From: Myxococcota bacterium | Lineage (GTDB): Bacteria; Myxococcota; XYA12-FULL-58-9; JALHOP01 | Length of the DNA stretch: 21,333 nt | Reading direction: 5' to 3' | Assembly (NCBI GenBank): GCA_041288095.1 | Contig: JBGGMJ010000109.1 | Span: 1-21,333, forward strand | Shown here: one piece after another, positions 7,791 to 16,270 of the stretch | How the letters are laid out: the number at the start of each line of letters is the position of its first letter | Position numbering within the stretch: the stretch's first letter is position 1 | Program-made: the position numbers and the translations under genes | Notes under the pieces: model-generated | Seen by the model: the letters and a program-made list of their open reading frames with translations, nothing else | Told to the model about the DNA's origin: nothing | The model's database searches: none

Positions 7791-9010
7791 CGAGGCCCGC
7801 GGGGCATGGACCGCGGCATGGCGCGTGGGCCCGACGACGGCGCCGCGCGGAAGTTGGGACGCGCGGCCGGCGAGGCACGCATCACCGGCGCGCTTCGGGG
7901 CGTCGCGTTCACGCGGGACGAGCCGTTGAACGCCGGCTGGCTCGGCATGGCGCGCGGTGAGCTCGGCATGACGCGTGGCTGCGCTTGATTGCTCGGCGTA
8001 CGCGGCACCCCGTGGAAGTTTCCCTGGTCCTGACCCGGCGTCGAGCGCGCTCCGCCGGACTCGTGGACGCGGCTCGCGCGGTCGTCGCTCCCGGGCGCCG
8101 GCAAACGCGGCGTGGGGGCAAGACGTGGCAAGGCCGTGCGCGTGGCGTCGGTTCGACCGATATCGCGTACGCGGCCGGTGTCGAGGTCGTTCGTCCGGCC
8201 GATGTCGCGGCCGCGGCCCTCATCGAGCGCCTGCGCGTTGCTCCCGAGGTCGCCATGGTCGACGCGCGCCAAATCGCGCGCGCCGGGCCCCTGCTCCCCG
8301 AGGCGGTCGTTCACGACGTTGGCGCCGCCGTCACTCTTGGCGACGCGGAGCTGCGGCAAGCGCTCGACCTGCTGCATGCGGTTGATGTCGGTGTCACCAA
8401 CCTCGCGACGCATCGACGTGGTCACGTGGGTGTCCTGGAAGCGCTCCTCGGGCACGACGACGTAATGTTTCGGATCGACGGTACCGGCGACGTTATTGCG
8501 GACATCGGGCTGAACCGGTGCTTGATAACGGCCGCCGCGCCCGTAGCCATGGCCATGATGATGCCCGTAGTAACGGGGAGGCAGCGGTGCCCAGCCGACG
8601 AAGCCCGCGCCATAGCGCCAGCTTACCCAAGCGGGTCCCCACGAATAGCCGGGCACCCAGGCCCAACCGTAGGCCGGCGTGAAGACCCAGTTGCCGTAGT
8701 GGAACGGTGCCCAGCCCCAGACCTCGTCGGCGTGCCACGCGTAACCCCATGCCGACGTGTAACCCCAGTAGCCGGTGGTATACGGCTGCCAGCCGACGCC
8801 GACGCCCGCGGGCATCCAGATCCAACCGTAGGGCTCGCACTGCACCCATGCGCCGTAGGGGGAAAGCTGTTGATAGAAGACGTCGAAGCTCACGGGACGT
8901 GGGCCGATACTGGCGGAGACGTAGACATCGGCGCGTGACACGGCGGGCACCGTCACGACGACGGCGGCTGCGATGGCAACGCTAAAACGGACAATACGAG
9001 ATCTACTCAT
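7787..9010 (-). CDS. Secreted Trp/Tyr/Gly-rich repeat protein (DUF6600/YXWGXW-like) with a disordered Pro/Arg-rich tail
   Basis: AAGGAGG RBS before ATG 9010 and a signal peptide. Core FYQQLSPYGAW...WQPYTTGYW...WGWAPFHYGNW...WGPAWVSW...GWAPLPP, then a low-complexity C-terminus. Confidence 0.85.
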   Translation of the reverse strand: MSRSRIVRFSVAIAAAVVVTVPAVSRADVYVSASIGPRPVSFDVFYQQLSPYGAWVQCEPYGWIWMPAGVGVGWQPYTTGYWGYTSAWGYAWHADEVWGWAPFHYGNWVFTPAYGWAWVPGYSWGPAWVSWRYGAGFVGWAPLPPRYYGHHHGHGYGRGGRYQAPVQPDVRNNVAGTVDPKHYVVVPEERFQDTHVTTSMRREVGDTDINRMQQVERLPQLRVAKSDGGANVVNDRLGEQGPGARDLARVDHGDLGSNAQALDEGRGRDIGRTNDLDTGRVRDIGRTDATRTALPRLAPTPRLPAPGSDDRASRVHESGGARSTPGQDQGNFHGVPRTPSNQAQPRVMPSSPRAMPSQPAFNGSSRVNATPRSAPVMRASPAARPNFRAAPSSGPRAMPRSMPRGPR

Positions 9011-9081
9011 GATGCCCTCCTTAAGGGCCTCGGGCCGTGGCCTGCGACTTGCTTCCGACGCAGCATCCGCCTCTGACATTC

Positions 9082-9110
9082 ATCATAAACCCCGCGGAGC
9101 GCCTTGGGAA
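9082..9110 (-). promoter_or_regulatory. Putative sigma70 promoter for the DUF6600-like gene
   Basis: Minus strand TTCCCA (9110-9105), 17-nt spacer, TATGAT (9087-9082). Confidence 0.5.
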
Positions 9111-9122
9111 TGCGCTCCCTTG

Positions 9123-9965
9123 CTACCAACCCGGCGGCAGGGCGGGATCCTCGGGAGTTGGCGTGAGAAAAGCGCTGCGCAACAAATCGACACAGTCGGA
9201 GCGCCCGTGATCCCAGTAGTCGTCGTTGCCGACGTCGACCACCGCGGGCCGCCAGGGCGCGCTGCCGGCGTACATGAGATCGGTCGGATCATCGCCAACG
9301 TGCGAGGCCGACCAGTGCGGCGCGCAGCGTGGAACCGCGCCCTGGGCGTGCATGAGCTCGTGCAAAGTCGCGAGCTCGATGTAGCCCGCGGGCTCGTCCG
9401 CTTTGGCGATCGGATTGTCGGCGCACGGGCGGGCGTTCGCAATCACACCGTTCAAGTAGACCACCGTGACCTGACCCACGAGGTCGGGAGGCACCGGCGC
9501 GTCGGCGCACGCATGGCTCGCCGCGCCCTCGTAGTAGGCTGTGTAGAGCTTGCCGGGTTGCAATACGCCCAGCTCGCCGAGCTCGACCTCGATGGCATCG
9601 CGAATCCGGTTGCCGCGCGAGGCGAAGCGCTCCTCGTCGGGACGCATGCGCACGAAGGTGACGTCGAGCTCGCCGTCGTAGGTGTCGAGGCGCAGGCGGA
9701 CGCCAGTCCGCTCGAACAGCCACAGCGACCAGCTCGCCACCGAGCCTCCGAGGATGCCGCGACGGTCGAGCTCGCGGTCCACCGAGTCGGCCGCGAGCAC
9801 GTACAGGATGTGGACCTGCGGGTCACTCGAGACGTCGGGATTGTCGCTCGTGAAGCGCCGGCCCAGCTCGTCGGCACCGCAGGCGCAGAAGCCCGCGGCG
9901 CTGGCGATCAGCAGCCCTGCTCGTCGGAGCCGTCGGTGCAGGTCGTGGTGCCGTCGCAGCGCCAT
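9123..9965 (-). CDS. Putative secreted/lipoprotein zinc metallopeptidase-like protein (HExxH)
   Basis: ATLHELMHAQG followed by APH..SHV..DLMY (Met-turn-like). N-terminal RRLRRAGLLIASAAGFCAC signal/lipobox. Start uncertain (ATG 9965, or near 9911). Confidence 0.65.
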   Translation of the reverse strand: MALRRHHDLHRRLRRAGLLIASAAGFCACGADELGRRFTSDNPDVSSDPQVHILYVLAADSVDRELDRRGILGGSVASWSLWLFERTGVRLRLDTYDGELDVTFVRMRPDEERFASRGNRIRDAIEVELGELGVLQPGKLYTAYYEGAASHACADAPVPPDLVGQVTVVYLNGVIANARPCADNPIAKADEPAGYIELATLHELMHAQGAVPRCAPHWSASHVGDDPTDLMYAGSAPWRPAVVDVGNDDYWDHGRSDCVDLLRSAFLTPTPEDPALPPGW

Positions 9966-10810
9966 TCCTCCCTGATGACATAGGAACCGTCGGTGCACAC
10001 GAAGACATCGTAGCCGCAGGTCGTCTCGTCGCTGCGGTCCGCGCAGTTTGGGAAGTAGTCGCAGGCCCAGTCGGCGCGAATCGAACGCACTCCGTCCGCG
10101 CAAGCGAACAGGTCCCAACCGCATCCCTCTTCGTCGGACAGGTCGGCGCAATTGGTCGAGCCGTCACACTCCCAGTCGGCGCGGATGACCGCGACGCCGT
10201 CGCCACAGACGAAGACCTCGTAACCACAATCGGTCTCGTCGCTGTTGTCGTCGCAGCTCGTGAACCCGTCGCACACCCAGTCGCCACGGATGCGCGCGAG
10301 GCCGTCGGCGCAGGCGAAGATGGTCCAGCCGCACCCGAGCTCGTCGCTGTCGTCCGCGCAGTTCGCGGAGCCGTCACACACCCAGTCCCCGCGAATGGTC
10401 TTGGCGCCGTTGGCGCAGGCGTAGAGGCCCGGCCAGTCGCAATCGGCCTCGTCGCTCTGGTCGCGGCAGCTCGCGGTGCCGTCACACCACCAATCGGCGC
10501 GGATGGCATCGACCCCGTCGGCGCATGCCGTGAGCTCCCAGCCACAATCGACCTCATCGCTGCGATCGGCGCAGTTGGCGTAACCGTCGCAGCGCCAGTC
10601 GTCGCGGATGCCGCCGATGCCGTTCGCGCAGCTGAATACCTCCCAGCCGCAGCTCGCCTCGTCGGAGAGGTCGGCGCAATCCACCGACCCGTCGCAGACC
10701 TTCAGGTAGTCCAGATCGCAGCTGTCGAGGCCCGATTCGAGGTCATCGCCACACGCGGGCGCGGCCAGGGCGAAGGCAATCACTAAAGTGTGGGCTCGGA
10801 GGTGCCGCAT
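9908..10810 (-). CDS. Lipoprotein built of LDL-receptor class A (LDLa)-like repeats
   Basis: AGGA RBS before ATG 10810 and a signal/lipobox ...ALAAPAC. One partial and 7 full repeats of about 35 aa: FxCxDGxxxIRxDWxCDGxxxCxDxSDExxC. Confidence 0.9.
   Translation of the reverse strand: MRHLRAHTLVIAFALAAPACGDDLESGLDSCDLDYLKVCDGSVDCADLSDEASCGWEVFSCANGIGGIRDDWRCDGYANCADRSDEVDCGWELTACADGVDAIRADWWCDGTASCRDQSDEADCDWPGLYACANGAKTIRGDWVCDGSANCADDSDELGCGWTIFACADGLARIRGDWVCDGFTSCDDNSDETDCGYEVFVCGDGVAVIRADWECDGSTNCADLSDEEGCGWDLFACADGVRSIRADWACDYFPNCADRSDETTCGYDVFVCTDGSYVIREEWRCDGTTTCTDGSDEQGC
9911..10720 (-). repeat. Intragenic tandem repeat array, ~105-nt unit, 8 LDLa-like units
   Basis: Recurring WxCDG and SDE codons at about 105-nt periodicity. 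The units are diverged at the nucleotide level. Confidence 0.85.
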
Positions 10811-10908
10811 ACACCGTTCCTGGCGCACGCGGGCGTCACCCACAATCTGACAGCCTGCCAGGGGTGGCCTGGGGACCGCGAAAATCAGGGCTCCGAGGAG
10901 ACCAAGGT

Positions 10909-10964
10909 TTGCCGGGGGGCACTGTGGGGGCTACACTGGGGAGGTGTTGCGAACACACGCAACA
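10909..10964 (+). promoter_or_regulatory. Putative sigma70 promoter plus inverted repeat for the peptidoglycan operon
   Basis: TTGCCG (10909-10914), 17-nt spacer, TACACT (10932-10937). Perfect TGTTGCG-N6-CGCAACA at 10945-10964. Confidence 0.55.
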
Positions 10965-12121
10965 TGACAGGAACCATGAGACTTTTCGCTCGCACGGCGC
11001 TCCTTGCCACACTCTGCTCGTTCTCCCGGTCCGCCATGGCGGTGCCGCTCGAGCGGGTTCCGGAGCCTCGCCCCCAGCCCGCGGGTGAGGTCTGCGCCGA
11101 AGCGCAGGCCTGCGAGTCCGCCGAAGCGGACGATCCCAGCGCCGCGGGCGACATCGCCATCTCCTCGACCTTCCATCAGGCGAGCTTCAACGTCGGCCCC
11201 TGGTCGCTCGCCCGCGAGCCCTCGACGCCCCCGCGCCTCTTGGCCGCCGAGGACCACCCGTCGCTGTTGCCGGAGCCCGGCGCGCTCGAGGACAAGATCC
11301 AGTTCTGGGAGACCATCTATCTCCGGCACGGCAGCGACCGCGTGGTCATCCATGACCGCGACGCCCAAAGCGTCGTGTGGCGGGTGGTCGAGCTGCCGAA
11401 GCTCGCGAGCGGCGACGTCGACGAGAAGGCCGCCAAGGTGCAGCTCGCCGTCGAAGTGGACGACCTCAAGGAGCGCTTGGCGCGCCTCGCGCTCACGCTC
11501 ACACCGCAAGACGACGAGGACCGCACCCTGCTCATGCTCGCCGGCGACGGTACCATCAAGCACCTCGATGGCGCCCATGAGCGGCTCCGCACCCAGCGCG
11601 GCGTGGCCGACAAGTTCGCTCTAGCGCACGCCCGCGCCCGCAAGCTCAAGGCGGAGATCGAGAAGACCCTCGTCGAAGAGAGGGTGCCGCGCGAGCTCGC
11701 GATGCTCCCGTTCATCGAGTCGATGTTCAATCCCGTGGCCCGTTCCTCCGTCGGTGCCCTCGGGTTGTGGCAGCTCATGCCGAGCACGGCTCGCTGGCTG
11801 GGCCTGACGGTCACCAAGAAGCAGGATGACCGCCTCGACGTCGTCAAATCGACCCGCGCCGCCGCCAAGCTCCTGCGCAAGAACTACGAGATGCTCGGCT
11901 CTTGGCCGCTCGCCATCACCGCTTACAACCACGGCCACAACGGTCTGAAGCGCGCCGTCGCGGAAGCCGGGACCAACGACCTCGTCTTCCTGGTCACCAG
12001 TTACTCCAAGGAGAACTGGGGCTTCTCGTCGAAGAACTTCTACGCGGGATTTCTCGCGGCTTGCCGTTCGTTCTCAGCCATGGAACAGACGCGTAGCCGT
12101 ACCCTCACCTCGCGGGGCTAA
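10964..12121 (+). CDS. Lytic murein transglycosylase (MltD-like SLT domain, no LysM)
   Basis: Signal peptide, LPFIESMFNPVARSSVGALGLWQLMPSTA (catalytic Glu), AYNHG and SKNFYA. Alternative start at 10976. Confidence 0.88.
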   Translation: MTGTMRLFARTALLATLCSFSRSAMAVPLERVPEPRPQPAGEVCAEAQACESAEADDPSAAGDIAISSTFHQASFNVGPWSLAREPSTPPRLLAAEDHPSLLPEPGALEDKIQFWETIYLRHGSDRVVIHDRDAQSVVWRVVELPKLASGDVDEKAAKVQLAVEVDDLKERLARLALTLTPQDDEDRTLLMLAGDGTIKHLDGAHERLRTQRGVADKFALAHARARKLKAEIEKTLVEERVPRELAMLPFIESMFNPVARSSVGALGLWQLMPSTARWLGLTVTKKQDDRLDVVKSTRAAAKLLRKNYEMLGSWPLAITAYNHGHNGLKRAVAEAGTNDLVFLVTSYSKENWGFSSKNFYAGFLAACRSFSAMEQTRSRTLTSRG

Positions 12122-12124
12122 CGC

Positions 12125-14572
12125 TTGAAGAAACTGAAGGTCGTGCTGCTCGCGGGCGCTGTCCTGTGCGCAATCGGCTTGGTCGTCGCTGTTGTCGGCT
12201 TTCTCGTGCTCAAGGCCGGGGTGCCGGCAATCCGCAATCTCTCCGACTACGACCCGACCCAGGTCTCGCGCATCTACGCCGACGACGGGGAGTTGGTCGG
12301 TGAGCTGTTCACCGAGAAGCGGACGGTCGTTCCCTACGACGCCATCCCCAAACACGTCGTCCACGCGTTCATGGCGGCCGAGGACGCGAGCTTCTTCGAA
12401 CATGGCGGCCTCGATTACGTCGGCATGATGCGCGCGTTCATCAAGAACCTGCGCCCGGGCGCTCACATGCAAGGCGCCTCGACGATCACCCAGCAAACCG
12501 TGAAGACCTTCGTGCTCGGGCCGGAGCGGTCGCTGACACGCAAGTTCCGCGAGATCATCCTGGCGCGCGAGCTCGAGCAGCTGCTCAGCAAGGAAGACAT
12601 CCTCACTCTCTACCTGAACCAGATCTATTTCGGGTCCTCCGCCTACGGCATCGAGGAAGCAGCGCGCACCTACTTCGGTAAGTCGGTGCGTGAGGTCGAT
12701 CTCGCCGAAGCCGCCCTGCTCGCGGCGATTCCCAAGAACCCGAGCCGCTACACACCCAAGGCCGACCGCGAGGCGGCGAAAGAACGCCAGCGCTACGTGC
12801 TCAATCAGATGCTCGAGCACGGCTGGGCCCCCGAGGCCGACGTGAAGAGCGCCTTGGCACGACCCATTCCGCCTGCGCTGCCACCACCGCCCTATCTCGG
12901 CCGCACGCCGCACTACGTGGAGCAAGTGCGACGCTTGCTCGTCGACCGCTATGGCGAAGAGCGCATCCAGCATGGCGGCCTCACGGTCTATACCGGCATG
13001 AACGCCGCCGCGCAGGTCGCGGCTCAAGACGCGCTGCGTAGCGGCCTCGAGGACTTGGCGCGCACGCAGGGCTTCAAGGAGCCGACGGTTCGCGTCGAGG
13101 TCGACCGCTATGACGACCTGGTCGGCGCGTTGCACGCCGAGCTGGATACCGAGATGGCCCGTCGCGTCGACAACAAGCGCGTCATCTGGGACCTACGCAA
13201 GCTCAGCACCGACAACATCGGCGACAAGGCGCAGGCGAGCCGCGCCCTTCGCTTGTCCACGTTAGCGGACGGCACGCGCGTCACTGCGGTGGTCTCGAGC
13301 GTCGACTCCAACGAAGACATGGTCTGGGTCGACCTCGGCACGCAGCGCGGCCGCATTCCCTTCAAGACGATGACCTGGGCCCGGCGGTTCTCGCCGGTAA
13401 GCCATACGCCGCCGCCGAAGGACCCGAGCGACGTGTTGCGCAAGGGCGACCTCGTGCAGGTGCAGATCGTCAAGGTTCCCGTGCGCCTCGCCCACGACAC
13501 GGCGAAGCTGCCGGTGCTCGACGTCGAGCTCGTGCCGGAGCCCGCCGTCGAGGGCGCCATCGTCGCCGTCGATCCGCAAACACGCTTTGTGCGCGCCATG
13601 GTCGGAGGCTACGACCAGGAGCGCGGCAATCTGATTCGCGCGGTGCAATCCCGCCGGCAGCCCGGCTCGTCGTTCAAGCCCATCGTCTACGCGGCCGGTC
13701 TCGACGCGGGCATCATCACGCCGGCGACCGTGTGCCCCGACAGTCCCGTCGTCATCCGCGATGATTTCACCGGTAAGGTCTGGAAGCCCGAGAACTACGA
13801 AGACGGAAAGTTCGACGGCAACATCACCTATCGCACGGCGCTCATGCGCTCGAAGAACACCTGCTCTGTGAAGCTGATCGAGAAGGTCGGTCCCGACAAG
13901 GTGATCGCGATGGCGCACGCCATCGGGGTCATGAGCGACCTCCCGAAGAACCTAACGCTCGCGCTCGGCTCGGGTGACGTGACGCCGCTCGAGATGTCGA
14001 ACGCCTACGCGACCATTGCCTCGGGCGGTTTCTACGCGCCGCCTATCTTCATCCGCAAAGTGGTCGACGCCAACAACGCGACGCTCGAGGAGACTCGCGC
14101 CGAGCTGACCGAAGTGATGCGTCCGTCGGTGGCCTACGTGGTGACCCAGATGATGCGCTCGGTCGTCGAAGGCGGCACCGCGACCCGCGCTCTCGTCCTC
14201 GACCGCCCGGTCGCCGGCAAGACCGGAACCTCCAATGAATCCCGCAACGTATGGTTCGGCGGCTTTTCCCCCGAGCTCGCCGCCATGGTCTGGGTGGGCT
14301 TCGATGACAACGCCCCGCTCGGCAGGGCTACCGGCGGCAGCGCCGCGTTACCAATATGGATACGCTTCATGGGCCGAGCCCTGGACGGCGTGCCGCGGCG
14401 TGATTTCGCGGCTCCGCCGGACGTGGTGTTCGTCAAAGTGGACGCCGACAGCGGCGAGCCCAGCGAAGACATCGGCAGCATCGAGGAGGTCTTCGTCGCG
14501 GGGACCGAGCCGACGCCGGCCAAGCAGACGCTCAAACCGATCTTCGAAGAGGACGACAGCGGGCTGAGATGA
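12125..14572 (+). CDS. mrcA: Penicillin-binding protein 1A (class A bifunctional)
   Basis: N-terminal TM anchor. Glycosyltransferase motifs AAED..F..H.G, GASTITQQ, RKFRE, LYLNQIYFG. OB-like insert. Transpeptidase motifs SSFK, SKN, KTG. Confidence 0.95.
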   Translation: MKKLKVVLLAGAVLCAIGLVVAVVGFLVLKAGVPAIRNLSDYDPTQVSRIYADDGELVGELFTEKRTVVPYDAIPKHVVHAFMAAEDASFFEHGGLDYVGMMRAFIKNLRPGAHMQGASTITQQTVKTFVLGPERSLTRKFREIILARELEQLLSKEDILTLYLNQIYFGSSAYGIEEAARTYFGKSVREVDLAEAALLAAIPKNPSRYTPKADREAAKERQRYVLNQMLEHGWAPEADVKSALARPIPPALPPPPYLGRTPHYVEQVRRLLVDRYGEERIQHGGLTVYTGMNAAAQVAAQDALRSGLEDLARTQGFKEPTVRVEVDRYDDLVGALHAELDTEMARRVDNKRVIWDLRKLSTDNIGDKAQASRALRLSTLADGTRVTAVVSSVDSNEDMVWVDLGTQRGRIPFKTMTWARRFSPVSHTPPPKDPSDVLRKGDLVQVQIVKVPVRLAHDTAKLPVLDVELVPEPAVEGAIVAVDPQTRFVRAMVGGYDQERGNLIRAVQSRRQPGSSFKPIVYAAGLDAGIITPATVCPDSPVVIRDDFTGKVWKPENYEDGKFDGNITYRTALMRSKNTCSVKLIEKVGPDKVIAMAHAIGVMSDLPKNLTLALGSGDVTPLEMSNAYATIASGGFYAPPIFIRKVVDANNATLEETRAELTEVMRPSVAYVVTQMMRSVVEGGTATRALVLDRPVAGKTGTSNESRNVWFGGFSPELAAMVWVGFDDNAPLGRATGGSAALPIWIRFMGRALDGVPRRDFAAPPDVVFVKVDADSGEPSEDIGSIEEVFVAGTEPTPAKQTLKPIFEEDDSGLR

Positions 14573-15177
14573 AGTTGTGGGACAAAGGCGAGCGCGCGAT
14601 TCTGCGGCTCATCGCGATCACCGATCGGCGGGTCGCCCACGCCGCTGTCGGCACTTGTCTCTGGTTGACCATTTTAGCGGGCACCGCGCTCGCGTCCGAC
14701 GTCCGCAAGCCGGCCGAGGTCCCCGCCAAGGCCGTGCTCGACACCGCGCAACGCTATCTCGGAGTACCGTACGTCTACGGCAGCCGCGCCGGCCTCGGAC
14801 TCGATTGCTCGGGCTTCGTGCAGAAGGTGTACGCCGAGCACGGCATCCTCCTGCCGCGCACGTCCGGCGAGATGAGCAACGTCGGACAGAAGGTCGCCTG
14901 GGACAAGCTCGAGCCCGGTGACTTGCTCTTCTTTCACACCAGCGGCGGCAGCAAGCGCGTGAGCCACGTCGGCATCGCCATGGGTCACGGCAAGATGATC
15001 CATGCCTCGACGGGCCAGAAGCGCATTGCCATCGACTCGCTGGACCTCTCTTACTACAAGGCCCGGCGAGTCGTGGCGCGGCGATTGCCGTCGGTGCATT
15101 GGAGCGAGCTCGCTCAGACCAAGGTCTTCAGGCCGGCGACGACCCGCGAGCTGCTGCACATGCGCCCGCACCCTTGA
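14569..15177 (+). CDS. NlpC/P60 (C40) cell-wall peptidase
   Basis: YLGVPYVYG, LDCSG, LPRTS, PGDLLFF, SHVGI, MIHAS. ATGA overlap with PBP1A. Confidence 0.92.
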   Translation: MKLWDKGERAILRLIAITDRRVAHAAVGTCLWLTILAGTALASDVRKPAEVPAKAVLDTAQRYLGVPYVYGSRAGLGLDCSGFVQKVYAEHGILLPRTSGEMSNVGQKVAWDKLEPGDLLFFHTSGGSKRVSHVGIAMGHGKMIHASTGQKRIAIDSLDLSYYKARRVVARRLPSVHWSELAQTKVFRPATTRELLHMRPHP

Positions 15178-15180
15178 GGC

Positions 15181-16134
15181 TCAAGGGCCGAGAGGCGCGC
15201 CCGTCTCATGCCAAACATTGCCAGTCCACTGGAAGCCGGGAGCGCCGGTGTTGAAACCGTGATGGCTCCCGAAGATGCCGCAATTGTCGTAGTACGCACT
15301 CGAGAAACGGTTGTTGCGGATGCGAACGTTTGCGGGCGCTGACCCGGCCTGTGATGGTCCGTAGAGCGTGTACGTCCCGCCCGCGAAGAGGTTGTCCTCG
15401 ACGAGGAGGTCGTGCATGCCTTCGCTCAACGCTAAAGCGGAGCTTCCGGCGCCATAGTTGGTCGGCGTGTAGTCGCCGCCTGTCAGGATGGCGATGACCG
15501 TGTTGTGCACGACGCGCAGACCACCGGCGCCGGCGTGTCCATACGTCTGCAGACCGTCGGTGTGGTCGTCGGCGGCAATCCAGCGGGCGAAATCGTGAAT
15601 GTAGTTGTCGTGCATGTAGCAGCTGCCGCAGGAGACGGCGTTGTCGAGGCCGAAGAGCTCCGTGTTGGCGATCTCGTCGGCGCCTTCGACGCCCACCAGG
15701 AGGTGGGTGCTATCGCGGTCGGTGCGCGAAGGCCTGGCATAGACGCGGCAGTTCTTCACCACGAGGCCGGTCACGGCGTCCCCGAGGATGGCCCAGATCA
15801 TGCCGCTGCCGTCGACTTCGCAGTTCTGGATGGTCACGTTGTTCGCGTTGACGACGATCGCGCCCCTGACACGCAAGCCATTCAACACGGCACCGTCGGT
15901 GCGGACTTCGTACACTCCTTCGTAGTCTTGGAAGACCGTGCCGGCGACCGGTCCGGTGCTCGAGGCATCGGGGAAGCCAGTAGCGGGCGGTGGTGGTGGC
16001 GGCTCGGGGTCGGGATCGCTGCCGCAGCTCGCGAGGTCGCTCGCGCAGACGCGCAGGTTCCGCGGAGCCGAGGGGGCGGCGAGCGCCTCGGCGGTGCTGA
16101 CCGCTAAAACGGAGAAAAACGCAATGATACGCAT
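15181..16134 (-). CDS. Secreted right-handed parallel beta-helix (pectin-lyase-like fold) protein
   Basis: Signal peptide and poly-Pro linker. FPDASSTG, repeated VTIQNCEV / VVKNCRV / MHDNYIHD / LVEDNLFAGG, and HTDGLQ. Confidence 0.75.
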   Translation of the reverse strand: MRIIAFFSVLAVSTAEALAAPSAPRNLRVCASDLASCGSDPDPEPPPPPPATGFPDASSTGPVAGTVFQDYEGVYEVRTDGAVLNGLRVRGAIVVNANNVTIQNCEVDGSGMIWAILGDAVTGLVVKNCRVYARPSRTDRDSTHLLVGVEGADEIANTELFGLDNAVSCGSCYMHDNYIHDFARWIAADDHTDGLQTYGHAGAGGLRVVHNTVIAILTGGDYTPTNYGAGSSALALSEGMHDLLVEDNLFAGGTYTLYGPSQAGSAPANVRIRNNRFSSAYYDNCGIFGSHHGFNTGAPGFQWTGNVWHETGAPLGP

Positions 16135-16169
16135 GGACGAGACCTCGTGGAATGGGTGGAGCCATCCAT

Positions 16170-16185
16170 TGCAGGGTCTGTGCCG
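16170..16185 (-). promoter_or_regulatory. Putative sigma54 (-24/-12) promoter of the beta-helix gene
   Basis: Minus strand CGGCACAGACCCTGCA has exact GG-N10-GC spacing with GGCAC and TGCA, 35 nt upstream of the ATG. Confidence 0.65.
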
Positions 16186-16244
16186 CCGCTAGCTCCCCTC
16201 ACAGCGTGGGTTTTTTCGCCAAGACCCTGGGGGCTCGAGGCCCA

Positions 16245-16270
16245 CGACTGGCAACAGTTGTTACCAGTCG
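16245..16270. promoter_or_regulatory. Inverted repeat, putative enhancer (UAS) for a sigma54 activator
   Basis: CGACTGGCAACA-GT-TGTTACCAGTCG, with 11/12 arm identity, about 100 nt upstream of the predicted sigma54 start site. Confidence 0.6.

Noticed and set aside
9911..10720. Periodic repeats considered as a CRISPR array or DNA-level repeat
   Set aside because: The units are in-frame, diverge at synonymous positions, and have no repeat-spacer structure. They are protein repeats.
16151..16170. Imperfect inverted repeat AATGGGTGG-AG-CCATCCATT
   Set aside because: It has a 2-nt loop and a mismatch on the transcribed strand, and it straddles the predicted start site. No function can be supported.
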